Below are positions 6,861 to 16,970 of a stretch of 23,641 nt of DNA, piece after piece. The position numbers were made by a program, and so were the translations under genes. The notes beneath the pieces are model-generated. The model searched no databases and was not told where the DNA came from. It was given only the letters and a program-made list of their open reading frames with translations. Numbering within the stretch: the stretch's first letter is position 1; each line of letters begins with the position of its first letter. The stretch comes from Candidatus Sysuimicrobiota bacterium (GTDB lineage: Bacteria > Sysuimicrobiota > Sysuimicrobiia > Sysuimicrobiales > Sysuimicrobiaceae), in the NCBI GenBank assembly GCA_040289515.1, contig PSLI01000027.1, forward strand, positions 6,795 to 30,435, read 5' to 3'.

Positions 6861-9175
6861 GACGTGGGTTCTGGAAACTTCTGGCGCTGGCGGTCGCTGC
6901 CCTAGCGCTCGTTGCCCTGGCGGCGGGGGTGTGGGCGGTGCGTCGCGCATTCCCGCAGGTGCAGGGCCCCCTGGTGGTGGAGGGGCTGCAGCAACCGGTG
7001 GAGGTGGTGCGGGACCGCTGGGGTGTTCCCCACGTGTACGCGCGCACCGAGGCCGATCTGTTCTTCGCGCAGGGGTACGTGCATGCTCAGGATCGCCTGT
7101 GGCAGATGGAGCTGCAGCGCCGCACCGCCAGCGGGCGGCTGTCGGAGCTGTTCGGGGAGCGCACCCTAGCCGCGGACAGATTCCTGCGGACCCTGGGGCT
7201 GCGGCAGGCGGCGGAGCTGGAGTGGGGGATCCTGTCCGAGGACACGCGCCGGGCCTTGCGCTGGTACGCGGCCGGCGTGAACGCCTTTTTGCGGCAGAAC
7301 CGGCACCGGTTGCCCCTGGAGTTCCTGCTGCTTCGCACCACGTTCGAGCCCTGGACGCCGGCGAACAGCCTGAGCTTCGGTAAGCTGTTGGCCTACCAGC
7401 TGGGCGGGAACTGGCGGACGGAGCTGCTGCGGGCGGAGCTGCTGCGCAAGCTCGGCCCGGAAGGGACCGCGAAGCTGCTGCCCGGGGAGCTGCCAGACGC
7501 GCCCGTGATCGTGCCGGGACCGGAGCAGACCCGCCGGCACAGCGCCGCGGGGGTGGTGGTGGGGAGCAACAACTGGGTCCTCAGCGGCCGCCTCACCGAC
7601 ACCGGCAAACCGTACCTCGCCAACGACCCGCACCTGCCTGCCAGCTTCCCCTCCATGTGGTACACCATGCACCTCGAGGGCGGGCGGTACCGGGTGGCGG
7701 GCTTCACCTTCCCGGGCGTGCCCGGGGTCGTGATCGGGCACAACCACACCATCGCGTGGGGCATGACCAACGCCAACCCCGACGTCCAGGACCTCTTCGT
7801 GGAGCGGCTGCGGCCGGGCGACCCTTCTCGGTACCTGTTCCGGGGACGGTGGCTTCCGGTGCGGGTGCGGGTGGAGGAGATCCGCGTGCGGGGCCGCGCC
7901 GCGGAGCGGTGGGTGGTCCGCAGCACCCACCACGGCCCCATCCTGAACGGCGCGGTCGAGGGCCTGCGACAGGTGGTGGCGCTGCGGTGGACGGCCCTGT
8001 CGCCCACCACGGTGGCGGAGGGGCTGCTGCGGGTAAACCGCGCGCGCAACTGGCGGGAGTTCCGGGACGCCCTCCGGTTCTTTCACGTGCCCAGCCAGAA
8101 CTTCGTGTACGCGGACCGCGAGGGCAACATCGGCTACCAGCTGCCGGGGCGCATCCCGGTCCGGGCCAGCGGGGACGGCACGGTTCCGGTATCCGGCTGG
8201 ACCGGGCAGGCGGAGTGGGTGGGCTGGGTGCCGTACGAGGAGTTGCCCAGCCTGTTCAACCCTTCCCAGGGGTGGATTGCCACGGCCAACAACCGCATCG
8301 TGCCGTCGGGTTTCCCCCGCCAGCTCGGCACCGAGTGGTCGGAGGGGCTGCGGGCCCGGCGGATTGTGGACGTGCTGACCGGGTGGCCGCGCTTCACTTT
8401 GGAGGACCTTCAGACGCTGCAGTTTGACCACGTGTCGTTGGCCGCGCGACGCGTGGCTCCGATCCTGGCCCGCCTGCAGGTCGCCGACCCCGGGGTGCAA
8501 GCGCTGCAGGACGAGTTGCGGGGCTGGGACGGGAGGCTGTCGGAGGGGAGCCGGGCTGCGGCAGTGTTCGAGGCGTTTTGGGTGCGGGCCGTAGAGCACT
8601 TGTGCCGCGCGCGGCTGGGGGAGGACCTGTGGAAGCAGTACGCGTCCCGGCCCTTCGCCATGGCGGCGTTCCTGCACCTGTGGGACAGGCCCCAGGATCC
8701 GTGGTGGGGGCCCGAGGGCCGGGACCGGGCAGTGGCCGTGATCCTGCAGCGGGCGGTGCGTGAGCTGGAAACGCGCCTGGGCCCAGACCGTACCCGGTGG
8801 ACCTGGGGGGCTCTTCACCGGGTGACCTTCGCCCACGCGCTGCACTCGGTCCCGCTCCTGGGGCGGTGGCTCAGCGTGGGCCCGCTCCCGCTGCCGGGGG
8901 ACGGCTGGACCGTGAACCAGGCCGCGTATTCCCTCCTGAATCCTTTTGACGTCGTCGTGGTGGCGTCCATGCGCATGGTGGTGGACCTCAACGACTTTGA
9001 CCGTTCGGTGGCGGTGCACACGACCGGGCAGTCGGGCCTTCCGGGCCATCCCCACCGCGCGGACCTGGTGCAGCTGTGGCGCACCGGGCAGTACCACCCC
9101 CTGCTGTGGTCGCACCAGGCGGTCGAACGCCACGCGCGGGCGCGCCTGACGCTGCACCCTCCTGCGCCCCGGTAG
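6851..9175 (+). CDS. Penicillin acylase family (peptidase S45, Ntn-hydrolase) with N-terminal signal/TM anchor, about 774 aa
   Basis: 'RDRWGVPHVYA', 'AQGYVHAQDRLWQM', beta-chain nucleophile 'G-SNNW' (Ser codon 7565-7567), 'LANDPHL', 'QNFVYAD', 'TANN', 'GQSG'. GTG 6851 overlaps the pxpA 3' end; exact start uncertain. Confidence 0.93.
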   Translation: MAVGRGFWKLLALAVAALALVALAAGVWAVRRAFPQVQGPLVVEGLQQPVEVVRDRWGVPHVYARTEADLFFAQGYVHAQDRLWQMELQRRTASGRLSELFGERTLAADRFLRTLGLRQAAELEWGILSEDTRRALRWYAAGVNAFLRQNRHRLPLEFLLLRTTFEPWTPANSLSFGKLLAYQLGGNWRTELLRAELLRKLGPEGTAKLLPGELPDAPVIVPGPEQTRRHSAAGVVVGSNNWVLSGRLTDTGKPYLANDPHLPASFPSMWYTMHLEGGRYRVAGFTFPGVPGVVIGHNHTIAWGMTNANPDVQDLFVERLRPGDPSRYLFRGRWLPVRVRVEEIRVRGRAAERWVVRSTHHGPILNGAVEGLRQVVALRWTALSPTTVAEGLLRVNRARNWREFRDALRFFHVPSQNFVYADREGNIGYQLPGRIPVRASGDGTVPVSGWTGQAEWVGWVPYEELPSLFNPSQGWIATANNRIVPSGFPRQLGTEWSEGLRARRIVDVLTGWPRFTLEDLQTLQFDHVSLAARRVAPILARLQVADPGVQALQDELRGWDGRLSEGSRAAAVFEAFWVRAVEHLCRARLGEDLWKQYASRPFAMAAFLHLWDRPQDPWWGPEGRDRAVAVILQRAVRELETRLGPDRTRWTWGALHRVTFAHALHSVPLLGRWLSVGPLPLPGDGWTVNQAAYSLLNPFDVVVVASMRMVVDLNDFDRSVAVHTTGQSGLPGHPHRADLVQLWRTGQYHPLLWSHQAVERHARARLTLHPPAPR

Positions 9176-9182
9176 AGGGTGC

Positions 9183-9211
9183 TTGCGGTGGAGGGGCGGG
9201 TCTGTTATTCT
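9183..9211 (+). promoter_or_regulatory. Sigma70-type promoter TTGCGG-N17-TATTCT with extended -10 (TG)
   Basis: -35 at 9183-9188, TG at 9203-9204, -10 at 9206-9211, 17-bp spacer, immediately upstream of tetR. Confidence 0.7.
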
Positions 9212-9217
9212 TTGGCT

Positions 9218-9231
9218 ACCAAACGTTTGGT
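9218..9231. promoter_or_regulatory. Perfect 14-bp palindrome ACCAAACGTTTGGT, likely TetR operator
   Basis: AT-rich perfect inverted repeat in GC-rich DNA, over the predicted +1 site and 6 bp before the tetR ATG. Confidence 0.8.
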
Positions 9232-9237
9232 TGGCAG

Positions 9238-9831
9238 ATGGCGCAGGCCCAGGCCCGTCCCAGGCACGAAGAGCTGCTGGCCGCCGCGGTGCGGCTGTTC
9301 CGCCACAGGGGCTACCACGACACCTCCATGCAGGACCTTGCGGAGGCGGTGGGGATGCAGCGGGGCAGCCTGTACCACTACATCGAGGCTAAGGAAGACC
9401 TGCTGTGGGAGATCATGGATCGCGCCATGCACCGCCTGCTGGACGCCGTAAAACCCGTGGCAGCTTCGCGCGCACCAGCCTCCGAGAAGCTGCGGCGGGC
9501 CATTGAGGCCCACCTGGCGGTGGCTGCCCAGCACCGGGATGAGCTGGTGGTGCTGCACGTGGAGCTCAAGAGCCTTTCCGAGGAACGGCGCCAGCGCCTG
9601 CTGGCGCTGCGGGACCGCTACGAGGGTCTGTTCCGGGCCATGGTGGCCGAGGGGGTGCAGACGGGCGAGTTCCGGCCCGCCGACCCCAAGACGGTAGGGC
9701 TGGCGGTGCTGGGCGCGTGCAACTGGTTCACCACGTGGTTCCGGCCCGAAGGGCCCCTGTCGGCCTCGGACTTCGCGCGGGCCTTCGCGGACCTGTTCTT
9801 GGAAGGGCTGGTGCGCACGCCGCACCGCTGA
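9238..9831 (+). CDS. TetR/AcrR family regulator (KstR2-like C-terminal domain)
   Basis: HTH 'GYHDTSMQDLAEAVGMQRGSLYHYIEAKEDLL'; C-terminus 'LGACNWFTTWFRPEGPLS'; 197 aa. Confidence 0.93.
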   Translation: MAQAQARPRHEELLAAAVRLFRHRGYHDTSMQDLAEAVGMQRGSLYHYIEAKEDLLWEIMDRAMHRLLDAVKPVAASRAPASEKLRRAIEAHLAVAAQHRDELVVLHVELKSLSEERRQRLLALRDRYEGLFRAMVAEGVQTGEFRPADPKTVGLAVLGACNWFTTWFRPEGPLSASDFARAFADLFLEGLVRTPHR

Positions 9832-9841
9832 GGAGGGAGCC

Positions 9842-12235
9842 GTGTGGGAATCCAGGGTCCGACGCGCGGCGGTGTTGGGAGCGGGCACCATGGGCGCCCA
9901 GCTGGCCGCCCTGCTGGCCAACGCGGGGGTGCCCGTGCTGCTGCTGGACGTGGTTCCCCCGGAGCTCACGGAGGAGGAGCAGCGCCGGGGGTTGACTCGC
10001 GACCACCCGGAGTACCGCAACCGCCTGAGCCGGGCGGGCCTGGAACGGGCTTTGCAGATGCGGCCTGCGGCCTTCACCGTGCCGGAGCGGGCGCAGCTGG
10101 TGACCGTGGGAAACCTGGAGGACGACCTGCACCGGGTCGCGGAGTGTGACTGGGTGATCGAGGCGGTGGTGGAGGACCTGCGGGTCAAGCAGGAGGTGAT
10201 GGGGCGGCTGGAGCGCTTCTGGCGCCCGGGGGTGGTGGTGAGCACCAACACCTCCGGCCTGCCGGTGCGGGAGATCGCCGAGGACCGCAGCCCGGAGTTT
10301 CGCCGTCACTTCCTCGGCACCCACTTCTTCAACCCGCCCCGGTACCTGCGCCTGCTGGAGCTGATCCCCCTGTCCGACACCGACCCACAGGTGGTGCGGT
10401 GGGTGGAGGAGGTGGCCGGGCGGATACTGGGCAAAGGCGTGGTGTTCTGCAAGGACACCCCCAACTTCATCGCCAACCGCATCGGCACCTTCGGCTTCCT
10501 GTACACGGTCCGGGTGATGGTGGAGGAGGGGCTCACCATCGAGGAGGTGGACGAGCTCACCGGCCCCTTCCTGGGCCGGCCTCGCAGCGCCACCTTCCGC
10601 ACCGCGGACCTGGTGGGCCTGGACGTGCTGGCCCACGTGGCGCGCAACTCGTACGAGCGCCTGAAGGACGACGAGCAGCGGGAGACCTTCCGGCTGCCCC
10701 ACTGGTTGGAGGCCATGCTGCAGCGGGGCTGGCTGGGGGACAAGGCGGGCCGCGGGTTCTACAGCCGGTCTGACGGGGAGGTCCTGGTGCTGGACTACCA
10801 CACCCTGGAGTACCGACCGCGGCAGCGGCCGCGCCTGCCCACCGTGGACGCTGTGCGCAACGTGGACGACTGGGCCCGCCGCGTCAGGGCGGTGCTGGCC
10901 AGCCCGGACCGCGCGGGCCGGTTCCTGTGGCGGGTGCTCTCGGGCGGGCTGGTGTACGCGGCGCACCGCATCCCGGAGATCTCCGACGACCTGGTGAACG
11001 TGGACCGCGCCCTGCGTTGGGGCTTCGGATGGGAGATGGGCCCCTTCGAGACGTGGGACGCCCTGGGGGTTCAGGAGGTGACCCAGCGGCTGCAGCAGGA
11101 GGGGACGAGCGTTCCGGCCCTGGTGCAGCAGGTGCTGGAGGTCGGGGGCAGCTTCTACCGCCGGCAGGCAGGGACCCTGCAGGTCTTCCACCCCGAAAGC
11201 CGCAGCTACTTGCCCGTGCGCTGGCCGGATGGGGTGCTGGTGCTGCGCGAGCTCAAGGAGCAGGGAGCGGTGGTGGCCCGCAACCCGGGCTGCAGCCTGG
11301 TGGACCTGGGCGAGGGGGTCCTGTGCGTGGAGTTCCACACCAAGATGAACGCCATCGGCGAGGACATCGTGCGCATGCTGCAGCGGGCCCTGCAGGAGCT
11401 GGAGAGCCGCTTCGACGCCATGGTGGTGGCCAACCAAGGCCCGGACTTCTCGGCCGGCGCCAACCTGGTTCTGCTTTTCGTGGAGGCTCAGGAGGGCAAC
11501 TGGGAGGAGCTGGAGCTGGCCGTGCGGTCCTTCCAGCAGCTGAACCAGGCCATCAAGTACTTTCCCAAGCCCGTGGTGGTGGCGCCGCACGGCCGCACTC
11601 TCGGAGGGGGCTGCGAGCTGGTGCTGCACGCCTCCCGGGTGCAGGCGGCCATGGAAACGTACATGGGTTTGGTGGAGACCGCGGTGGGCCTGGTACCCGC
11701 GGGCGGAGGTCTGAAGGAGATGGCGGTACGGGCCGCGGAGCGCTTCCCGGAGGGGGTGAACGGAGACCTGTTCCCCCTCCTGCGCTGGGCCTTTGAACTG
11801 GTGGCCACCGCCCGGGTGACCACCTCCGCGGAGGAGTGCCGCAAGCTGGGGTTTTTGCGGCCTGGGGACGGGATCACCCTGGACCGGGACCGGTTGGTGG
11901 CGGACGCTAAGGAGCTGGCCCTCTCGATGGTACGCACCGGCTACCGGCCGCCCCTGCGCCGACCGGTGCGCGTGGGGGGGGAGCGGGTGCGGGCCGCTTT
12001 GTACGCCGGCCTGCACAACCTCAAGGCGGGCGGGCACATCACGGAGTACGACGAGCATGTGGCCCGCAAGGTGGCGTACGTGCTCACCGGGGGAGACGTG
12101 CCGGAGGGCAGCCTCGTGGAAGAGCAGCACCTGCTGGACCTGGAGCGGGAGGCCTTTTTGAGCCTGCTGGGCGAGCGGCGGACCCAGGATCGGATCCGGC
12201 ACATGCTGGAGCGGGGCCGACCGCTGCGGAACTAG
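9842..12235 (+). CDS. fadN: 3-hydroxyacyl-CoA dehydrogenase / enoyl-CoA hydratase, FadN type
   Basis: Rossmann 'VLGAGTMG', 'STNTSG', '[10 protein letters not shown]', '[12 protein letters not shown]', C-terminal crotonase 'FSAGANL', 'LGGGCE', end 'GRPLRN'; 797 aa; RBS GAGGAGGGAG. Confidence 0.95.
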   Translation: MWESRVRRAAVLGAGTMGAQLAALLANAGVPVLLLDVVPPELTEEEQRRGLTRDHPEYRNRLSRAGLERALQMRPAAFTVPERAQLVTVGNLEDDLHRVAECDWVIEAVVEDLRVKQEVMGRLERFWRPGVVVSTNTSGLPVREIAEDRSPEFRRHFLGTHFFNPPRYLRLLELIPLSDTDPQVVRWVEEVAGRILGKGVVFCKDTPNFIANRIGTFGFLYTVRVMVEEGLTIEEVDELTGPFLGRPRSATFRTADLVGLDVLAHVARNSYERLKDDEQRETFRLPHWLEAMLQRGWLGDKAGRGFYSRSDGEVLVLDYHTLEYRPRQRPRLPTVDAVRNVDDWARRVRAVLASPDRAGRFLWRVLSGGLVYAAHRIPEISDDLVNVDRALRWGFGWEMGPFETWDALGVQEVTQRLQQEGTSVPALVQQVLEVGGSFYRRQAGTLQVFHPESRSYLPVRWPDGVLVLRELKEQGAVVARNPGCSLVDLGEGVLCVEFHTKMNAIGEDIVRMLQRALQELESRFDAMVVANQGPDFSAGANLVLLFVEAQEGNWEELELAVRSFQQLNQAIKYFPKPVVVAPHGRTLGGGCELVLHASRVQAAMETYMGLVETAVGLVPAGGGLKEMAVRAAERFPEGVNGDLFPLLRWAFELVATARVTTSAEECRKLGFLRPGDGITLDRDRLVADAKELALSMVRTGYRPPLRRPVRVGGERVRAALYAGLHNLKAGGHITEYDEHVARKVAYVLTGGDVPEGSLVEEQHLLDLEREAFLSLLGERRTQDRIRHMLERGRPLRN

Positions 12236-12249
12236 CCGGGAGGGGTCCC

Positions 12250-13425
12250 ATGCGGGAGGCGGTGATCGTGACGGCGTTGCGTTCTGCGGTGGGCAAGGCA
12301 CCCAAGGGGTCGCTGAAGGACGCCCGACCCGACGAGCTGGCATCACAGGTGATCCGGCAGGCCCTGGAGCGCACGCCGGGCCTGGAAGGGAAGGATGTGG
12401 ACGACGTGATCCTGGGCTGCGCCATGCCCGAGGGGGAGCAGGGGCTCAACGTGGCGCGGGTGGCAGCGCTGCGGGCGGGCCTGCCGGAGTCTGTGCCGGG
12501 GGTCACCGTGAACCGGTTCTGCGCCTCCGGGCTGCAGGCCATCGCCATGGCCGCGGAGCGCATCCTCGCGGGTTGGGCCGAAGTAGTGGTGGCGGGCGGG
12601 GTGGAGAGCATGAGCCTCCTCCCCATGACGGGGTGGAAGTTCGCCCCGCACCCGGCCCTGGTGGAGCAGTGGCCGGACGTATACCTGTCCATGGGGAACA
12701 CCGCGGAGGTGGTGGCCCGCCGGTTCGGGGTGTCGCGGGAGGACCAGGATCGCTGGAGCCTGCGAAGCCACCAGCGGGCGGCTGCGGCCATCCGGGCGGG
12801 ACTCTTCCGCGAGGAGATCGTCCCCGTCCGGGTGCGGCGGTGGGAGGAGGACGGTGGTGTCGTGCGCGGCCGGGAGCTGACCTTCGAGGTGGACGAGGGG
12901 GTGCGGTTCGACACCTCCCTGGAGGCGCTGAGCCGCCTGCCCCCCGCCTTCGCCCGGGAGGGCACCGTGACCGCGGGGAACAGCTCCCAGACCAGCGACG
13001 GGGCCGCGGCCTGCGTGGTGATGAGCGACGGCAAAGCCGCGGAGTTGGGCCTGAAGCCCCTGGGGGTGTTCCGATCGTTCGCGGTGGCGGGCGTGGCTCC
13101 GGAGATCATGGGCGTGGGGCCGGTACAGGCTGTTCCCCGGGCGTTGCGCCTGGCGGGGATCCGGCTGCAGGACGTGGACCTGGTGGAGCTCAACGAGGCG
13201 TTCGCCAGCCAGACCCTGGCGGTTATCCGGCAGCTAGAGCTGGACCCAGAACGGGTCAACCCAAACGGCGGTGCCATCGCCCTGGGCCATCCCCTGGGCT
13301 GCACCGGAGCCAAGCTCACCGCCACGTTGCTGCACGAGATGCGGCGGAGGGGCGCGCGGTACGGGGTGGTGACCATGTGCGTGGGCGGCGGCATGGGTGC
13401 CGCGGGCGTGTTCGAGCGACCCTGA
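12250..13425 (+). CDS. fadA: Acetyl-CoA C-acyltransferase (3-ketoacyl-CoA thiolase)
   Basis: 'NRFCASG' (catalytic Cys), 'ELNEAFA', '[11 protein letters not shown]', 'MCVGGGMG'. Confidence 0.96.
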   Translation: MREAVIVTALRSAVGKAPKGSLKDARPDELASQVIRQALERTPGLEGKDVDDVILGCAMPEGEQGLNVARVAALRAGLPESVPGVTVNRFCASGLQAIAMAAERILAGWAEVVVAGGVESMSLLPMTGWKFAPHPALVEQWPDVYLSMGNTAEVVARRFGVSREDQDRWSLRSHQRAAAAIRAGLFREEIVPVRVRRWEEDGGVVRGRELTFEVDEGVRFDTSLEALSRLPPAFAREGTVTAGNSSQTSDGAAACVVMSDGKAAELGLKPLGVFRSFAVAGVAPEIMGVGPVQAVPRALRLAGIRLQDVDLVELNEAFASQTLAVIRQLELDPERVNPNGGAIALGHPLGCTGAKLTATLLHEMRRRGARYGVVTMCVGGGMGAAGVFERP

Positions 13426-13452
13426 GGGTCACGGGAGAGGAGGCGGAGGACC

Positions 13453-15216
13453 ATGGAGACCCAAATGCGCGTGCAGCCCGGGGGAGGGTTCCTGGTGACC
13501 CGCAGCGCCCCGGAGGACGTGTTCACCCCGGAGGACCTGGACGAGTCGCACCGCCTGGTGCGCAAGGCGGCATCCGACTTTGTGCAGCGCGAGGTTCTGC
13601 CCCACGAGGCCCGGCTAGAGCAACAGGACTGGGAGCTGACCCGCACGTTGCTGCGCAAGCTGGGCGGGATGGGGTTTCTGGCCCCCGACCTGCCGGAGGC
13701 GTACGGGGGCGGCGGGATGGACAGCCTCACGTCCCTGGTGCTGGCGGAGGAGCTGTCGGGGTCCTCCTTCTCCGTTAGCTACGGGGGGCACGTGGGGATC
13801 GGGACCCTACCCATCGCGTTTTTCGGCAACGAGGACCAGAAACGGCGCTACCTGCCCGCCATGGCCCGGGGCGAGAAGATCGGCGCGTATGCCCTGACGG
13901 AGCCCACCGCCGGGTCCGACGCCCTCGCCATCCGCACGCGGGCTACCCGCAGCCCCGACGGCCGGTACTACCTGCTGTCGGGCCAGAAGCAGTTCATCAC
14001 CAACGCGGCCTTCGCGGACGTGTTCACCGTGTACGCCAAGGTGGACGGGGAGCACTTCACCGCCTTTCTCGTGGACCGGGACACGGAGGGGCTGAGCCTG
14101 GGGGACGAGGAGCACAAGATGGGGGTGAAGGGCTCGTCCACCCGCAGCGTGTTTTTCGACAACGCCAAGGTCCCCGTGGAGAACCTGCTGGGGGAGGTGG
14201 GGAAGGGCCACCGCATCGCCTTCAACATCCTGAACCTGGGGCGGTTCAAGATCGGCGCCGCCTGTCTGGGCGGGGGCAAGAAGGCCCTGCGGCAGGCGGT
14301 GGCGTACGCCGTGGAGCGGCGGCAGTTCGGCCGGCCCATCGCGGAGTTCGGTCTGGTGCGCCAGAAGCTGGCGCGGATGGCCACCGGCCTGTACGCGGTG
14401 GAGAGCATGGTGTACCGCACCGGGGGCCTGGTGGAGGCGGCCTTGGGCGGTGTAAGGACGGGCCAGGAGGTGCTGCGGGCGCTGGAGGAGTACGCGGTGG
14501 AATCCTCCATGAACAAGGTGTTCAGTACGGAGGTTCTGGACTTTGTCGCGGACGAGATGGTGCAGATCTACGGCGGCTACGGGTACATCGAGGACTACCC
14601 CGCCTCCCGGGCGTACCGGGACGCCCGCATCAACCGCATCTGGGAGGGGACCAACGAGATCAACCGCCTCCTCATCGTGGACATGCTCACCAAGCGGGCC
14701 TGGCGGGGACGCCTGGACCTGCTGGGGGCCGTGCAGCGGGTGGCCGCAGAGCTCACCAGCCCTGCGGGCGAGCCCGAGCCCGAAGAGGGCCCCCTGGCGG
14801 AGGAGGCGCGCCTGGTGGAGAGCATGCGCAAGGCTGCCCTGCTGGCCGCGGGGGTGGCGGTGCAGAAGCAGCTGGACCGCCTGGAGGAGCTGCAGGAGGT
14901 GTTGGGCTGGATCGCGGACCTGGCCACCGAGGTGTTCGCGGCGGAGAGTGCAGTGCTGCGCGCCCAGAAGGCGGCCCGGCAGCAGGATCCGAGGGGGGAG
15001 CTGCTGGCCACCCTGGCCCGAGCCCACGTATACGAAGCCCTCCCGCGGGTGGAGGTGACGGCCCGGCACGTGCTGGCCGCGGTGGACGAGGGCGACAGCC
15101 TGCGCGCGGCCCTGGCCGGCCTGCGGCGGTTTTTGCGCCACACGCCCGCCAACCTGGTGGCCCTCCAGCGGGCGGTGGCGGACGCGGTGGTGCGGGCGGG
15201 GGGCTACCCCGTGTAG
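13453..15216 (+). CDS. fadE: Acyl-CoA dehydrogenase, long Bacillus FadE type
   Basis: N-terminal 'GGGFL...VFTPED', 'YALTEP.AGSDA', 'GQKQFITNA', 'QIYGGYGY', 'RIWEGTNEINR' plus C-terminal extension; 587 aa. Confidence 0.95.
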   Translation: METQMRVQPGGGFLVTRSAPEDVFTPEDLDESHRLVRKAASDFVQREVLPHEARLEQQDWELTRTLLRKLGGMGFLAPDLPEAYGGGGMDSLTSLVLAEELSGSSFSVSYGGHVGIGTLPIAFFGNEDQKRRYLPAMARGEKIGAYALTEPTAGSDALAIRTRATRSPDGRYYLLSGQKQFITNAAFADVFTVYAKVDGEHFTAFLVDRDTEGLSLGDEEHKMGVKGSSTRSVFFDNAKVPVENLLGEVGKGHRIAFNILNLGRFKIGAACLGGGKKALRQAVAYAVERRQFGRPIAEFGLVRQKLARMATGLYAVESMVYRTGGLVEAALGGVRTGQEVLRALEEYAVESSMNKVFSTEVLDFVADEMVQIYGGYGYIEDYPASRAYRDARINRIWEGTNEINRLLIVDMLTKRAWRGRLDLLGAVQRVAAELTSPAGEPEPEEGPLAEEARLVESMRKAALLAAGVAVQKQLDRLEELQEVLGWIADLATEVFAAESAVLRAQKAARQQDPRGELLATLARAHVYEALPRVEVTARHVLAAVDEGDSLRAALAGLRRFLRHTPANLVALQRAVADAVVRAGGYPV

Positions 15217-15235
15217 TCCAGGGGAGGGGTGCACG

Positions 15236-16912
15236 GTGGAGGATTGCGCGCAACGCCCCTGGGTGCGGCACTACGACCCGGGCGTGCCCGCGCACGTGCA
15301 GGTGCCCGACATTCCCCTGGACGGGATCGTGCGGCGGGCGGCGCGTACTTTCGGCCACCGCGCCGCAGTTGTGTTCTTCGGGCGAAGCATTTCGTTCTCA
15401 GAGCTGGACCGCCTCGTGGACCGGGTGGCAGCGAACCTGCAGCGCCTGGGCGTGGGCAAGGGGTGTCCGGTGTCCCTGCACCTGCCCAACTGCCCCCAGT
15501 TCGTGCTGGGGTACTATGGGGTCCTGCGGGCGGGGGGTGTGGTGGTGCCCCACAACCCCCTGTACACCGAGGCGGAGGTGGCCCACCAGCTCCAGGACAG
15601 CGGGGCGGAGGTGGCCATCACCCTGTCTACGTTCTACCCGCGCGTCGCACCGGCTGCGCGGCGCGCCCGGGTACGGGAGGTAGTGTTCACGGGGATTCAC
15701 GAGTTCATGGGCCCCGTGGGGCGCTGGCTATTTCCCCTCAACGCGCGGCGGGAGGGCCAGTGGGTGGACGTGCCTCCACAGCCGGGGGTTCGGCCCATGC
15801 GGGAGCTGCTCCGCCCAGGAGCCCCGCAGCCGGTGCCCGTCAGCCCGGAAGACCCCGCTGCGTACCTGTACACGGGCGGCACCACGGGCGTACCGAAGGC
15901 TGCCGTCCTCACGCACCGCAACCTCGTCGTAAATTTGCTGCAGGCGGTCAGCTGGGACCCCCAGCTCAGGCCCGGCCAAGAGGTGGCCATGGCGGTGCTG
16001 CCCTTCTTCCACAGCTACGGGATGACCTCGGTGTTGAATTTCTCCGTGTGGACCGGGACCACCCTGGTCTTGGTCCCCCGGTTTGAGCCCAAGCTGGTGC
16101 TGGACGCGGTCCGCCGGCACCGGCCCACCATGTTCCACGGCGTGCCCACCATGTACATCGCCCTCCTGAACACCCCCGAGCTGCAGCGGGTGAGTTTCCG
16201 GTCCGTGCGGGCCGGCATCAGCGGTGCCATGGGCCTGCCACAGGAGGTGCAGCGGCAGTGGGAAGCGCTAACGGGCGGCCGGCTCGTGGAGGGCTACGGT
16301 CTCACGGAGGCGTCCCCGGTGACCCACTGCAACCCCCTGTACGGCCTGCGCAAGGAGGGCAGCATCGGGATCCCCGTGCCAGACACCGATGCCCGCGTGG
16401 TGGACCCGGAATCCGGCAGGCCGCTTCCTGCGGGCGAGGTGGGGGAGCTGGAGGTCCGTGGCCCGCAGGTGATGCGGGAGTACCTGAACCGGCCGGAGGA
16501 GACGGCCCAGGTCCTGCACGAGGGATGGCTGCGCACCGGGGATATGGCCCGCAGGGACGAGGACGGTTTCTTCTACGTGGTGGACCGAAAGAAGGAGATG
16601 ATCAACGTGGGCGGCCTCAAGGTGTTCCCCCGGGAGGTGGAGGAGGTTTTGTACCGACACCCCGCGGTCCGCGAGGCGGCCGCGGTGGGCGTGCCCGACC
16701 CCGTACGGGGCGAGGTGGTGAAGGCCTTCGTGGCGCTGCGGGAGGGTCAGCACGCTACCGAACAGGAGCTTGTGGAGTTCTGCCGGCAGCACCTGGCTCC
16801 CCACAAGGTCCCTCGGGCCGTGGAGGTGCGGCCCCAGCTGCCTAAGACCCTCATCGGCAAAGTTCTGCGCCGGGCCCTGGTGGAGGAGGAGCGCGCGAAG
16901 GCGCGAGCCTGA
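15236..16912 (+). CDS. Long-chain-fatty-acid--CoA ligase (FadD/LcfA-like)
   Basis: AMP-binding 'YTGGTTGVPK', 'EGYGLTEASP', 'WLRTGD', 'DRKKEMI', 'LPKTLIGKVLRR'. Confidence 0.95.
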   Translation: MEDCAQRPWVRHYDPGVPAHVQVPDIPLDGIVRRAARTFGHRAAVVFFGRSISFSELDRLVDRVAANLQRLGVGKGCPVSLHLPNCPQFVLGYYGVLRAGGVVVPHNPLYTEAEVAHQLQDSGAEVAITLSTFYPRVAPAARRARVREVVFTGIHEFMGPVGRWLFPLNARREGQWVDVPPQPGVRPMRELLRPGAPQPVPVSPEDPAAYLYTGGTTGVPKAAVLTHRNLVVNLLQAVSWDPQLRPGQEVAMAVLPFFHSYGMTSVLNFSVWTGTTLVLVPRFEPKLVLDAVRRHRPTMFHGVPTMYIALLNTPELQRVSFRSVRAGISGAMGLPQEVQRQWEALTGGRLVEGYGLTEASPVTHCNPLYGLRKEGSIGIPVPDTDARVVDPESGRPLPAGEVGELEVRGPQVMREYLNRPEETAQVLHEGWLRTGDMARRDEDGFFYVVDRKKEMINVGGLKVFPREVEEVLYRHPAVREAAAVGVPDPVRGEVVKAFVALREGQHATEQELVEFCRQHLAPHKVPRAVEVRPQLPKTLIGKVLRRALVEEERAKARA

Positions 16913-16970
16913 CCGGTCCGGGCCGGCAAGACGCTCCGAGGCCGACGGGTGTACCCTGCTAACGGTCACC

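Noticed and set aside
9728..12346. 872-aa minus-strand ORF antisense to fadN (likewise 7166-9157, 12084-13730, 13807-15234)
   Set aside because: Shadow ORFs of GC3-biased genes in high-GC DNA; low-complexity translations with no motifs.
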